64,000 bases of DNA from Octopus sinensis. Its lineage: Eukaryota. Each line of letters starts with the position of its first letter. Position 1 is the stretch's first letter. Made by a program: the position numbers and the translations under genes. The notes under the pieces are model-generated. The model was given only the letters and a program-made list of their open reading frames with translations, ran no database searches and was not told the DNA's origin. Shown piece by piece: positions 1-13,370 of this stretch. The stretch spans positions 60,264,001 through 60,328,000 of the forward strand of contig NC_043010.1 in assembly GCF_006345805.1 (NCBI RefSeq), in the 5' to 3' direction.

Positions 1-10
1 TAGTGTATTC

Positions 11-163
11 ATATGCAGTGAAGTTTGTGTCTGGTCATAGAGTGACCAATGGTTTCACATCCATAAAGGGCCTAGAGTCTGATGAGCTATCCATAGGGCT
101 AGGTACTTTATGGATGCAAAACCATTGGTCACTCTATGACCAGACACAGACTTAACTACATAT
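11..163. repeat. Foldback inverted repeat (~65 bp arms) with a CTGATGA-containing loop
   Basis: 11-75 is the near reverse complement of 99-163 (tgtgtctggtcatagagtgaccaatggttt / aaaccattggtcactctatgaccagacaca). Confidence 0.9.
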
Positions 164-179
164 AAAAATATATATATAC

Positions 180-231
<52 letters not shown>

Positions 232-519
232 ATATATATAAATACCTCATTTACAACTGCCTACCACCTCAATACACTTGACTAATATAGGCACAATGAG
301 TTGCTAATATCCATTGACTGAAACAGCTGTAAGTGATTTTAATAATTTATATTCATGTTTTTTAATAACTAATTGTATTCTCATCTTATATGCATTGAAT
401 AATATACTATATGTATGTATGTTATTATGGTTGTAGTTTTGATAGATAAAAAAGTCAACATTATAATATCCTGAAGCTGATGAGCCAACTAATGTGCGTC
501 TCCATTTTCTTATTTATAA

Positions 520-1095
520 TATATGTTCTGAAAAGACACCCACTTAGATTGCATATCTGATTTGGACCACCAAGAGCTGCAGATAAGTTTTGAACTTTGT
601 GGATCTTAAAATCTCTTTTGAGGCCTCCATTAGATTTGCAAACTTTCTGGTATACACTGTATTCAAAGGTGTGCTCAGACATATAGGCAGAATAATTGGT
701 GGAGGTTTGTTTTTCATGGGTTTGCAAATTAGATTTGAGCCCAGCAAAAGAAAGGCATGGTCTGTCACAAACTGTGCACATGAAAAGGTCATTGTCATTC
801 ACCTTCTCGATTGTAACATTCTTCCTTAGATCTTTTCTGAATCTTAGTTGTGTCATCCTGGCCTCTTCTCCACTCCACACTTTTGTTCGCCATCCAACTC
901 GATCCAAAGCAAGGGTATCCATGTCTTCTGGATCCACTCCAAGTGACTGTGTAGTAGTCCTTATGCCATCCTTAAACCTTTATTTTTTAGGTTTATGCCA
1001 ATAGCATTTCCCCTCTGCAAGCTCACCATAAAACAGCTGTTTTGGCATGCGTTCATCTGCCATTCGAACAATATGGCCACACCATCTCATTTGGT
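520..1095 (-). mobile_element. Degenerate 3' end of an RTE-like non-LTR retrotransposon ORF with C-terminal C2H2 zinc finger(s)
   Basis: Minus strand reads [23 protein letters not shown]...LALDRVGWR...CTVCDRPC...LKSNLQTH, with stops. Confidence 0.8.
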
Positions 1096-3544
1096 ATATA
1101 TATATATGTATACATACATACATGTATATATACACACACATAAATATATTATGGTTTAAACTTTAAAATTGTCTGGAGATTTAAAATTATATTATTTCTT
1201 AAACAAAATATATTAAACATATTCTAGGACAGAGATCTAAGACAAAATATATTCAGCATTTTTTAACTGGTAAGTTATTTTAACAATATTTTTTTAACCT
1301 ACTAATGTGATAAATCTGATGGTCTAATTCAAGATTGAGTATTACTGTCAAGCATTTTATGGTTTATATTATACTTAATTTTAAATTGGGTTTCTAAAAC
1401 TATTATCCTGTAAAGGCAAGTTTGATAATTTTCTCTTGTTTTGGCTTTTTCCAGGGCTTTACAACTTCAGACACATATCATCCACTTCAAAGATGGACTG
1501 AAACCACAAAGACAGACATATAAAAAGAAATCAATGAGATTGTAATAGAAATGAATCAACAAGCAGAGAAGTGAGCAAAATACCTATAAGCCTTCCAGAG
1601 ACAGAATCATAAAACACCCATTTATGGTTACATTCGATTGTAGGAGTGATATAGTACCATTTAATGTGCATGAGACATGTGTCTTTGGAATACATTAGTA
1701 TTGTTAATATTGAAGATGAATATAACAAAAAATATTTTTTACCTACATTCAATCATACAAGGTATGCATACAGACCATGATGAGGTGAACATGGATCTTA
1801 TCTTCATTTTAAATATTCTGGTTTATATATACATACCCTGATATATGTTTTCCCTGTGTACAGATACATAGTTGTGCACATAATATATAGAAAATGTTTA
1901 GAAAATGTGAATGTAAAAATGTGTATTTATACATATACTCATTTGTGAGTACGAAAAAGATAGCTCATCCTCAATACACGAAGAAGAGTTTAATTAATTT
2001 GGGGTGATGCTGAGTTCAAGTATCACTGTGATTGATTTTACCTTTCATCCCTTCAGGGTCAATAATAAGTCATGTGCTAGATTTAATTTAATCATCTGTA
2101 ATAACTTCCTTAAACATAACAATTTATATTTTAGTTATTAGGTTAACAATCTTTCATGCTGTATATCCTAGATTTATAAAATAGGATTTAAAACAGTATG
2201 CAGTATTTATCATTTAAAGGAATATTTTTCATATTCCATGTTATGTGATGTAATGTTTTTTGCAAAAACAATCCTATATTTAGAAGAGAAATATTTTTAT
2301 ATAACACGAACTGCTATAGTAAACATAATTTGGCATTAATCATATTATGTTTTAACTAATAGATTATAGCAGTTACAATGATAAGTGTAATGTATATTTG
2401 CAAATGCATGTGTCTCTGCATTTGAGTGGGAATGTACACGTAAGTGTACATTTGTTGTGTTTCATCCCAAGTCAATATTGATTCAGCAAACTGATTAAAG
2501 ACATTCCAATCATGAACATCCTATCTTTTTCCAAGGAACCCAGAACCATATTTACTAATGTGCCCTCTTATGGTAGTGTATGATTTGAACAAAATTTGGC
2601 TGCACTCTCTAGCAGGTCTAGAAATAAACCATGTAGAGGCCTCAACATTGGTCTGTTGAATGTATTTGAAGCATATCTGTATGGCAATTCTGTGATTTTC
2701 TTTCGAGTTGAACATTTTAACATTAACAATTACAATTATATACTGAATAAAGATGATCTAAACACGAAATATTACTGAATGTCATCTCTAATTGTGCATT
2801 TTCAAAACTTTTTATAACTTTTAAAGGCAAAAATGTCAATTTAACAAGGTGTTTTGTTAAGAGTCATTGACAGATATTACAAATTAACATTGTTTACAAA
2901 TGGATCCAATGTTTCAAGACATAAACATATTTCAGATGACATAAACTGAAATTTCAAAGGGAATCAAAAAACTTAAATCTTCAGTTATTTTTATTTTCTA
3001 ATATTTGATATTGTGTAATTTCATTAAATCAGTTATTTCAAAGTAAAACTCTTAAAACACTTTTTATTTCCAGGAAATTTGCTAAATGCTTTCAGAATGA
3101 AAAAAGATATTTCAAATATCTCCAGAAAAACCATTTTTATAGGAAATGTTTTCACACATTGGTAAATTATACAATAAAGAAAATGATTTCTTATTTTTGA
3201 CTTGTTTCCAATAGAAAATCTGTTCCCAAATTAAATGTTTATTTGTTAAATAAAAGTCAATGTAAAATCTTTCCTTACAGAATATGTATGTGTGTGTGAG
3301 GGAGGGAGGGAGAGAGTGCGAGAGATGATTTATATAAAATTTGGTGAGCAACTCTATGTCAATTAATCGGGTGACCTTTTTGCATATTCAATTTATGATG
3401 TACATATGAGCAGCTGTGGCATTGTCCTAGATTTTACTGTGGTCCTCACTTGAGCCTTGTAGAGAGATTAAAATCAAAGCAAAAATTTTAGGAGGCAGTA
3501 AATTATTTTTTGATATCTGATTTAACCATTAATTATGGTTAATT

Positions 3545-5000
3545 TTGGGATATCTAGAACAACAACTCTACCAAGAAGTAGTGGAAAACTATAGCACTGG
3601 ATTTAGAAATTATATTGAAAAGGCATGGAATAGATACCTTGACAGTTGTTTCATAATCTGGACAGAATCTCTAAATACACTGGAAGAGTTCAATATCCTC
3701 CTGAACAACCTACACTCATCTCTCCAATTTACAAAAGAGATGAGTAGTACCAAATTACCATTCCTAGATACGATGGTAATTAAAAGGACACCACCATTAG
3801 CACAGATATATACTACAATCACATGGATACACATCAATACTTGAATTTTAAGTCATGCCATCCACATACAAAACACAACATCTCATACTGCTTAACCAGA
3901 AGAATTTGTACCATTGTAGAAGATGCAGATATCAAGAACAAACACCTAACAGAAGTATGAGAATTTTTGCTCAAACAAAAATACCTGTGTCTACTTATAG
4001 AAAATGGTATACAGCAGGCTATAAAAATACCCATACAAGAACTGAGGACAACCCAAAGAAGTGGAAAACAGGAACAAGACATACCATTTATTGTCACACA
4101 CAACCCATGTCACCAGATATCTTCAACATTGTCAAAGCAAACCTACCAATCATTGCTCAAAGTAATGAATTAAAAGATATAATCACAGATCGAGCTGTTT
4201 CTTAGTAAAAGGCAGCCTAAAAACTTGAAAAAAATCATTAACAAAGGTAAAGTTTGACCTCAGCAACAAAGACTAATCATTCACTGTATTTAAATGTTCA
4301 TTGGAGAGGGCCTAAGGAAGGTAAAAGCTCATCGATTCTGTACCAACACGCCGAACAGGAACACGGGGGATCAATCAATAACATAGAAATTAAAATATTG
4401 TCCACACATAGAACAGATGCAACAATCAGACAAATTACAGAAGCTACACACAGAATAGAAGATAAACCTAGCCTGAATAGGAAACTGGAATGGAACACTA
4501 GCACACACCACAACTTACAATATAGACAAAACCGAAAACATAATAAATAAAATACACAGATAAATAAACAAATAGAAATAAATAACTATATAAGTTTTCT
4601 TTGTTTTTTAATTTTAAAGTTTTTTTTATTTATTATTATTATTATTACTAGTATTGTTGTTATACATACATACATACATACATACATACATACAAGCATA
4701 CGTAATGATAATAATGATAAGTGGATGTAAACACATGAACAAAATAAGAATAAACAAAAACAACAACAACAAAAACAAATTACATGAACGTATATAAACA
4801 GAAGATACAAATATTACAGGCACCCCCCCACACACACTAAATAAACATAGACGCACATAGAGATATAAGCATGCGCAAATGAAATAAAATAGAAATACAA
4901 AGTGGCTGACAGTTAGTAAGGAGAGACACAAATAAGAAAGAAGAAAGCAAAGGACCACTGATGCGGTCACAGGAGTGTGACGAAAGAACTCTGGCCGAAA
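3545..5000 (+). mobile_element. Penelope-like retroelement remnant (RT C-terminus, partial GIY-YIG region, 3' terminal region)
   Basis: Frameshifted ORFs: WNRYLDSCFIIW...LNNLHSSLQFT...LPFLD; YLNFKSCHP; SSILYQHAEQEH...RQITEA...KPSLNRK; hammerhead-like motif at 4955-4994. Confidence 0.85.
4955..4994 (+). ncRNA. Degenerate minimal type I hammerhead ribozyme motif (Penelope-associated)
   Basis: cca-CTGATGc-g-gtcac(aggagt)gtgac-GAAA-gaac-TC-tgg: stem I cca/tgg, 5 bp stem II, minimal stem III; core A9 is replaced by C. Confidence 0.6.
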
Positions 5001-5336
5001 TAAGATTAAGATTAATGTAAAAAATAAATAACACTGAAACAAGATAACAGCAAATATATAGTGCGTGTATTTTTATTGGCTAAACTGGCAAAATGACCAT
5101 TCCGAAATATAACAATATCTGTTTCAACACACGACTTCACATAAAAAATCTTGCACAACAAATATATAAACGTATATATATATATATATATATAATAATA
5201 TATATATATATATATATATATAATAATATATATGCATATATAATAATAATAATAATAATATTAGGGAGTATAACTCCAAATTTACAGGGAAAAATTCAAT
5301 TTAGTATTAAATCAAATTTCACAATATAAATATATA

Positions 5337-5420
5337 ATAACTAGATCACAAAAAGTACAAAAATGAATAAACAATATATAATAAGTTTATTCATTTTTGT
5401 ACTTTTTGTGATCTAGTTAT
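5337..5420. repeat. Perfect 36 bp inverted repeat
   Basis: 5337-5372 ataactagatcacaaaaagtacaaaaatgaataaac is the reverse complement of 5385-5420. Confidence 0.9.
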
Positions 5421-6104
5421 ATGTTTTAAAATATATTTTTTATTTATGATTTGGTTTATGTCTATCATTGTTTGAATTGCATAATAGTGGTTTTTCTCTA
5501 ATATATATATGAGTGTGTGTGCGTGTGTGTGTGTGTATGTATATATATATATAAATATTTGCAATTGGCTAGTAGCTTAGTTTCCTCTTCAAGATACATC
5601 ATCCATCACTTCTCTAAATGCAGCTTTTCCTTGAAACCACTAATCTTTCTTACTACCCAAAACCATTTCACTTGATATTCCACATTTACACATCTTTCAC
5701 TCTCTCCATGCTCTATACCTGTCTCTGAACAATTTAGAACCATTTACCTTTGGATTCATCTTGCATGCTTAATACTGTTCTCTTCATGCACATTTTTTTC
5801 CTTGCTCATACCCCACTGAACCACAAAACCATCTCTCCTCACCACTACATCTTTCACCCTCCTCATTCACTATATTTGACACAACCCACCCAACACTCCA
5901 GCAACCTACACAACCACAAGTCATCTCCCTATCTCTTTTCTCTCTCTCTCTCTCATCCTTCCCCTATCTACTCTATTAACATCACTATACTGTGGAGTTG
6001 ATGTAATATTAAAAAAGCCTATTTCCAAATATACAATGTACACCTCATCATTTCACAATATCCACAACTATTATCATCATATGCTACTTTTTTTTTTTTT
6101 ATTC

Positions 6105-6490
6105 ATTTACTTATTTCAGTCATTTGACTGTGGACTGCCTTGAAGGGTTATAGGCCAAACAAATCGATCCCAGGACTTCTTAAGCCTAGAACTTACTCTT
6201 TTGGTCTCTCATTCCAAACCACTAAGTTACAAGGATGTAAACTCACCAAAATCTATTGTCAAGCATTGATGGGGGGGGGGGGGAACAAACACAGACACAA
6301 AGACGCGCACACATAGATATATACATTTATCTTCTTTGATTGTCTATCCACCAAATCCACTCACAAGGCTTTGGTTGGTCCAAGGCTATAGAGAAAGATA
6401 CTTGCCCAAGGTGCCATGCAGTGGGACTGAACACAGAACCATGTGGTTGGGAATCAAGTTTCTTACCACACAGCCACACCTGCACCTATA
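6105..6490 (-). mobile_element. tRNA-derived SINE (same family as 22612-23028)
   Basis: Reverse complement matches the 22612 element (ggtgtggctgtgtggtaagaaacttg...ttcagtcccactgcatggcaccttgggcaagt). Confidence 0.85.
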
Positions 6491-7019
6491 CAAGCTATGC
6501 TTTTGCTTTATAATTATTTCATGATTAACATAATTCTAATGCTGATACAGAGCTGTTATATATGTACACTCACACATTCAAAAACTGATATGTACCAAGT
6601 TCCAATTTAGATGGCAAGCTAGAATATTCAATGAAACTTTACTTTCCACTCTCCTCCAAACTTCTTAGCTTCTATTTGAACGTGATCTAAATCTTATCAT
6701 GATGCCTTCTTCAGTTGTTCCCCTTGCAACATCTGTTTTCTGATAGTTATGAATACATTGGTTTTTCATGTGAATGTAGACTACAGGAGCCATCTAACAC
6801 ATAAAATAAAGATTTGTTTGACACTATGTAGCATTAATTTAGTTCATAGACTTCAGTGTTTTTGAACAATTGAAGGCAATTTGAATAAGTCTTAATATTT
6901 CAAAGTAGTCACATTATTTTAAAATTTCTCCAAGAATTTTCATTTCATCTTCAGGAATTGGTTTATTATAAATGAGTTTTACTATTTTCCCTGGATTTTC
7001 TTTAGAAACATAATCTTTT

Positions 7020-7354
7020 ACTCTTCTACTTGTTTCAGTCATTGGACTGCAGCCATGCTGAGGCAGTGTCATGTTGAGTTAGTTGAGCAAGTCAACTCCA
7101 GACTTATTTTAAATCTAGTATTTATTTTATTGGTCACTTTTACTGAACCAGAAAGAGTGTAAATAAACCAACATCAGTTATCAAGCCAGCAGAATCATTA
7201 ACAGAATGATTGGTGTTTCTTTAAACTCTGTACATCACCCAGATGAACTTTGCTTTTCATCCTTTTGCGTTTGATAAGTACCTGTTGAGTATTGGGATCA
7301 GTGTAATTGACTTGCTTCCTTCCTCTAAAATTGCTGGTTTTCTGCCAAACTAGA

Positions 7355-7413
<59 letters not shown>

Positions 7414-7421
7414 CAATAATA

Positions 7422-7468
<47 letters not shown>

Positions 7469-7603
7469 GGCGGTGAGCTGGCAGAATCGTTAGCATGCCA
7501 GATGAAATATTTAGCAGTATTTCACCTCTCCTTACATTCTAGGTTCAATTCCACCAATGCTTACTCTGCCCCAATTTCAGGCCTTGTGCCCATAGTAGAA
7601 AGG

Positions 7604-7605
<2 letters not shown>
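7020..7605. mobile_element. Cluster of SINE fragments with (AAT)n/(ATT)n microsatellites
   Basis: Matches to both SINE families of this window (gtttcagtcattggactgcagccatgctg; aaggcggtgagctggcagaatcgttagcatgcc). Confidence 0.7.
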
Positions 7606-7635
<30 letters not shown>

Positions 7636-8089
7636 CATCATCATCATCAATAGCCTCACTGTACTATAAAAGACCGGAGCTTTGAATTGTTTGTACCTCA
7701 TTCTTAGCAAATCTGTTTGTTAAGTTTCTCAAAAAATTTAAATAAGTGCATCTATATTTCACAGGATTGAACAAATAGTTTTCCTTCATTTTATTAACCC
7801 ATTCATGCCAATCGTCTGTTTAAACTGACCCTTAATTTATAAGGGTATAAAAGAAATACTTGATACAAATTGCAATTTGTGTATGATCTGTATCAAAGAA
7901 TGAAACATGTTCTTAACGTGTGTGCAGTCTGTTTGAACAAACGCTTGCACCATAACCTGTAACAACCACAGTTATGCAACATGGCGAGTACAAGCAGGAT
8001 GTGCAGTAAATGGTAAGCCAATAATTTCCAATTATTTAATTCTGTGGGTATTATTGTGGCAATTCATTTGCTAAACACCCACAAAATTA

Positions 8090-8470
8090 TTGACCATCGT
8101 GTCAACAACCACTTTGTGCACCTTTTTGAGCTCCATGTGTCTAACACATGCCTACAAAGTCAGAAAACAGCACAGCTCCCGTGACATTCAGAAACATTTT
8201 TTCACGCTAAGAGTTGCTGAAGCATGGAACAAACTACCTGCATCAGCTGTTAGTTGCCGAGACATTCTATCCTTTAAAACCTCCATGCTTCTTGAAATTC
8301 ACCAACACTACACCTGATATCCTCCCTCCATACACATATATATATCATGACTCATACACTGTTCACTTCTCTGGTTTTTGTATATAATTCTATGTACTGT
8401 ATATACACCTTTGATAAGTTGTAGTGAACCTGAGCACTATACACAATAATTTCATTATTATTATTATTAT
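8090..8470 (+). mobile_element. 3' end fragment of CR1/L2-like LINE
   Basis: KQHSSRDIQKHFFTLRVAEAWNKLP; same family as 18700-19068; (ATT)n tail. Confidence 0.85.
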
Positions 8471-8471
8471 T

Positions 8472-10200
8472 GCCTTTGCACAGCTTCTAGTGCTGGAGAT
8501 GTACTATGGTGTCAGCTGTTCACTACCAGTGAACTAAGGTAACACCCCTTATTTTTCGAGCACCTTCCAGAGTATTTGAGCGGTTCCAAGCAGTGCTGTT
8601 TTCTGCAAGTGCTCCACTCTTATTGCAGCCCCTATTTGTTCCATGTACTTCTCAAGATATTTACTCACTGTTCCCAGGGCTCTGACAATTATTGGTACTA
8701 CTACCACCTTTTTCATCGACCACAACTGCTTAACCTCCCAAGCTAACCTGTCATATCTATCGACTTTTCTTTCTTCCTTATCACATACCATCTTGTCAGC
8801 TGGGCATGCTATATCTATGATCCAGCATAGTTTGCTTTCTTTCTTAATTAAGACATGTCTGGCTTCCTATTCTCTATCTCATGGTCACACTGAATCATAA
8901 AATCTCACAAGATCTTTGCATTATCATATACGATGATGCCTTCGGGTTTATGGTCGTACCAATTTTTTGCTCTGTCAGGTCCATACTTGTTGCAAAGTGT
9001 CCAATGGACAAGCCTTGCTATACTGTTGTGGCATTTCTTATATTCCTTCTGGGCTAGTGGCGTACATTGGCTGGTAATATGCCATGTAGTTTCACCATTT
9101 TGTCAACAAATTCTGCACTTATCACTTTCTGATGTGTTGTCTATTCTGTATTTTATGTAATTTGTTTTTAGCGCTTGCTCTTGGGCAGCACAGAACAGAG
9201 CCTCTGTTTCCAGTTTTAAATCACTTTTAGTCATCCACAACCATCTTTTTCTCTGTCTGTCTTATCTTCAACATCTCTATGAAATTGTCCATGCATTCTT
9301 TTTATTATCCACCTATTTTCTGTTTCATTCGTTTTCAATTGCTTATACAGTGCTTTATCTTTGCAATCTTTCATCCTACACAAGCCTGACCTTCTTACTT
9401 CTAATAATAGTGGTTCTGTGGCATTTTTTACTACCATGCTATGTTGTTTTCTTCTGCTCTAATGCTGTGTTTACATCCAATGAGTCCTCTTCACCCTCTT
9501 TTTCTTGGTACAAACAATCTATCTGTGTCACCTTTTGGGTGGAGTGTCCCATATCTAGTCAGAAACTTCCTTGTTTTTCTGTCTAAGTTCTTTAGTTCGT
9601 CTACTGTCCATGCGATTACCCCTGCACCATATCTGTGGAGTGAAACCACCCAGGTGTTGATAGCTTCAATCTTATTCCGTCCGTTTAATTTCAACTTAAG
9701 GATCAATCTCAGTCTGCACAAGTACTCCACCTTAAATTTTTCTGTCATTTCTTTCTCCATCAATTTATCCATTTCCCAAATCCCCAAGTATTTATAGCCT
9801 GTCTCTTCTATCTGCATCAAAAACCTCCCCCGGTGGTATCTTTAGCCCATCCATACTTTTGATTCTGCATTTCTTCAAGACAAACACACCATACATTCTC
9901 AGTTTGAACTCCATTCTGATATCTGCACTGAAAGTATACACCATATCAACGAGGGAACTGACTTGGACTTCATCTTTACCCTAAAGTTTGAGGTCATCCA
10001 TGAATAACAAATGGTTAACTTTTTGTTGGCGGCTTTTGAATATATACCCAGCTTTTGCTTTCCTCAGAATCAGTGTTAGTGGTATCAATCACAGTACAAA
10101 GACTGGTAGGGACAGGCAGTCCCCTTGAAAGATGCCCCTACTAATTTCTACTGTCCCTAAACTTCCTCCGCATGTTGTCAGGTCCGTCCTCCAATTTGCC
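8472..10200 (-). mobile_element. R4/Dong-like (restriction-like endonuclease) non-LTR retrotransposon remnant
   Basis: Minus strand: GIFQGDCLS, NHLLFMDDLKL, YKYLGI, LNGRNKIEAINTW, CRIC zinc knuckle, IIDIACP, VVVVPIIV..LG, LQKTALLGTAQIL; many frameshifts. Confidence 0.85.
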
Positions 10201-10294
10201 ATACTTTTTCCAAGCAATCGCTCAACATTCGATACAATTTTTCCAAGCAATCACTCAACATTCGATGCAATAAATTATTATTATTATTATGATC

Positions 10295-10337
<43 letters not shown>

Positions 10338-10342
<5 letters not shown>

Positions 10343-10710
10343 GTAAAGTATAGAAGCCATCTTATCATGGCTAACCACATAGGGGAGGGGGTGTTACTGT
10401 AGCTTTATAGCCCCAAGAGATCTTCGTCTCAAGCTGGCTTTAGACACAATATCTGTGTCCTTGGAGTATTTGCAAAGGGAGGCCATCCCTTCCTCGCAAG
10501 CCTGAGTGATACGCTCGAACTAGTTTCGGGATTTTTGTCCCTCGTCAACGGTCGGTAACCACCAGGTAGTGATGAAAGAGACTCCAAGGACACAGATATT
10601 GTGTCTAAAGCCAGCTTGAGACGAAGATCTCTTGGGGCTATAAAGCTATAGTAACACCCCCTCCCCTATGTGGTTAGCCATGATAAGATGGCTTCTATAC
10701 TTTACATTAT
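10338..10710. repeat. Long foldback: 130 bp inverted arms with a 113 bp spacer
   Basis: 10338-10467 is the reverse complement of 10581-10710 with one visible mismatch. Confidence 0.95.
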
Positions 10711-11819
10711 CGAGCGATTACTGTTTCAATCTCATTCTGAGATTTAATTATGCTATATACATATATATATATATATTCGGGATCATAAATCCGAAATACT
10801 GATCATCAACAAAATTAAATTGTCAATCAACAAATTGTTTTCTTAACTATCAAATATTTTAAAACAATTATAGTGTGAGTGAAGCTAGTTTCAAAAGAAG
10901 CAATATAAGGGAGGTCACTCTACTCAACTACTTTTTTGGGGAGAAGAATGCAAAATAAAGCATTGAACTTGGAAATAAACTTCGAAGAGGAATATATATT
11001 TAAAAGCTAGTTGTTAAAATGGATGTATATAAAGCAATGTACTCATTGCCTTTTTGCCTTTCTATGAAAATAGGAAATTTAATTTCATCTGCATTTTTGT
11101 TATTTGAAAAGATAACCATTAAATTCTCAAGTAACAAAATTAGATGGATTCTCAGTTTCAGTTGTTACTATCCTAGGATTTGTAACCCCATGGCACAAAA
11201 CTATGACTTAACTCCTTAGCAATGGATTTAGCTATTGCAGTTGTTTTGTTTCTTTATTTTAGAAAGGAATGTGTTTAATAATTTCAATTCCTCTGTAGAC
11301 ATTGTACATAATTCAATGAAACTGGTATTTACAAACACAAATATTTACCTCTTTCATAAGACAATAATATAATAAAATTCTTTTTTCTTTTTTACCTCCC
11401 ATCTGCAATAAATGATTTCTCTCTTTCTCTTTAATGCTATGTTGTGACACCCCACATATTTCTCATATTGTGGTGCTATGGTTAAACACTATATATTTTT
11501 CACTGTCATTCACAATAGTGTAATGGATTATCTGTGTTATATCAATGTTAATCATTTCTAATGCCTCACCACAGAGGCTGTCATGCAGAGAAGGCAATAA
11601 TGTTCGAATGAAGATTGGTATTAACATATGAAAAATTAAATTCATCTAATTTCATGCGCTCATAGTCATAACTGATACTTGAAACAAATACCTCAATGGT
11701 TTGTGTTATTATGAATTAATTCAATAAAAACATACATAAAATTGTGAATTTATTACATAAAAAAAAGTATAAATAATATTTGTATAATCATGAGGATGAG
11801 GTGCAGAATAATGGCTTCA

Positions 11820-11992
11820 AGATCTGGTACAAGGCCAGCAAGTTCAGTGGGGAGGGTAAGTTGATTACATCAACCCCAGTGTTCAAATGGTCCTTATTTT
11901 ATTAACCTCAAAAGGATGAAAGGCAAAGCTGACCTTAACGAAATTTGATCTCAGAATGTAAAGATGGATGAAATGCCACTAAGCATTTTGCC
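11820..11992 (-). mobile_element. SINE fragment
   Basis: aaggatgaaaggcaaagctgacc...atttgatctcagaatgtaaag matches the reverse complement of the 38596/54512 family. Confidence 0.7.
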
Positions 11993-12420
11993 TTTAGGAG
12001 CAGAATAAATAATGAAATGAAGAATATTTTGTTCTTCTACATTCAAACATATGTGTACACTGACATAAAACATAAATCTTAACAAAATGTAACCAAAATC
12101 TAATGTATATTCATCATATTAGGGAGGATTTATAATACTAGCCAACCTCGTAGAAAAGATCATGCACCATGTTAAAATAATGATTTATTCAAAAACAACA
12201 ACTATTCTTCAAAACAAGGTGCACAAACTTTTTCCTCAACCTAATATTTAAAATACAATGAAATTTTTTTTTGCTCTTAATCTCAAAAAATCATTGTCGT
12301 TTAGGGAATGATTAGAGGACAGAATATGAATAACTGAATAAGATGAGGCAAATTGATATAAAGGTAGTTCTGGTTAGTTGTAGCTTTGGTGGTAGGAAAG
12401 GTTAATTAAATTATTTAGTA

Positions 12421-12819
12421 CTAGCAGTATCACCCGGCGTTGCTTGGGTTTGTAAGGGAAATAACTATATAAACATTTTTAGAGATGTAAAGTATAATAG
12501 CCATTTCAATATGGCTAACCACAAAGGGGGTGGGTGTTACTATAGCTTTTTACGTTCTGAGATTTAATAATACATTTTTAGAGAGTTACTTCCCTTATAT
12601 AAACCGAGCGAAAATGCATTAAAAATATGGAAAAATGATGGTAAATTTTTTTTTAAATCGTAGACTCATCGTAGACGTGCGCTAATACCCAGAAGGGCTC
12701 GATATGAATCACGACTATAAGATACCTGCTTTTGGTTACACTGCACCGCAAAATGTGGGAGTAGTTAGGAATCTAAATCGTAGGAGACAGACACACAACT
12801 TGACTTTTATATATAAAGA
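12421..12819 (-). mobile_element. Non-autonomous Helitron (same family as 19810-20298)
   Basis: Minus strand starts TC, ends CTAG with a subterminal GC hairpin; inserted between A and T; extensive similarity to the 19810 copy. Confidence 0.85.
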
Positions 12820-13336
12820 TTAGTGACAAAAGAGGTAACATTAGTGTAAGAAAAAGACAGAGCAGTAGATTCCATTAAATATTTTAGGTGTGTCTGTGTG
12901 TGGTAGAGAGTAAGTGTCAGGAGAAGATATTTTTGTTGTTGAAGTAGAAGTGAAGTAAAGAAAAACAGAGGAAATAATTCAATGGTAGATTGGTTATGGG
13001 GTTTTAAACAAGTCATGAATGTCAGTTTATGTATAAGTTTTTTTTTGTATTTTTTCTCTTCATTTCATGTGTGTAGGGTTGGTTCACCAATTCCCTTGTG
13101 AATAGCACTTTAGTATTGTTGTGCTGTCATACAGTTTAAAGTTTTGGGAAAGGTAATTCCATCCTTAACAACGAAGTCTTGAATGCATAAAAGTTGTGCC
13201 GTTGCTATAAAGGATTTTAGAGATTTTGAAGCCAAAAGAGTCTTGCTATGAATTGCTAATAATCAATGAGGATGACAAAGAGTAACAAGGTTCCATTATT
13301 ATCAACTTTCAGAGAATCAGTGTTAGTAATCCCTCC

Positions 13337-13370
<34 letters not shown>

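Noticed and set aside
461-937. C2H2 zinc finger ORF as a host zinc finger gene
   Set aside because: Continuous with RTE-like retrotransposon motifs upstream on the same strand; no TGEKP linkers
8348-8354. TGACTCA sites at about 8348 and 18950 as candidate promoter of the pseudogene
   Set aside because: Both are part of the CR1/L2 3' UTR (TGACTCATACA) and lack the downstream Inr/exon/donor block
10206-10272. Small tandem duplications here and at 16925-16990
   Set aside because: Ordinary local slippage duplications with no sign of function
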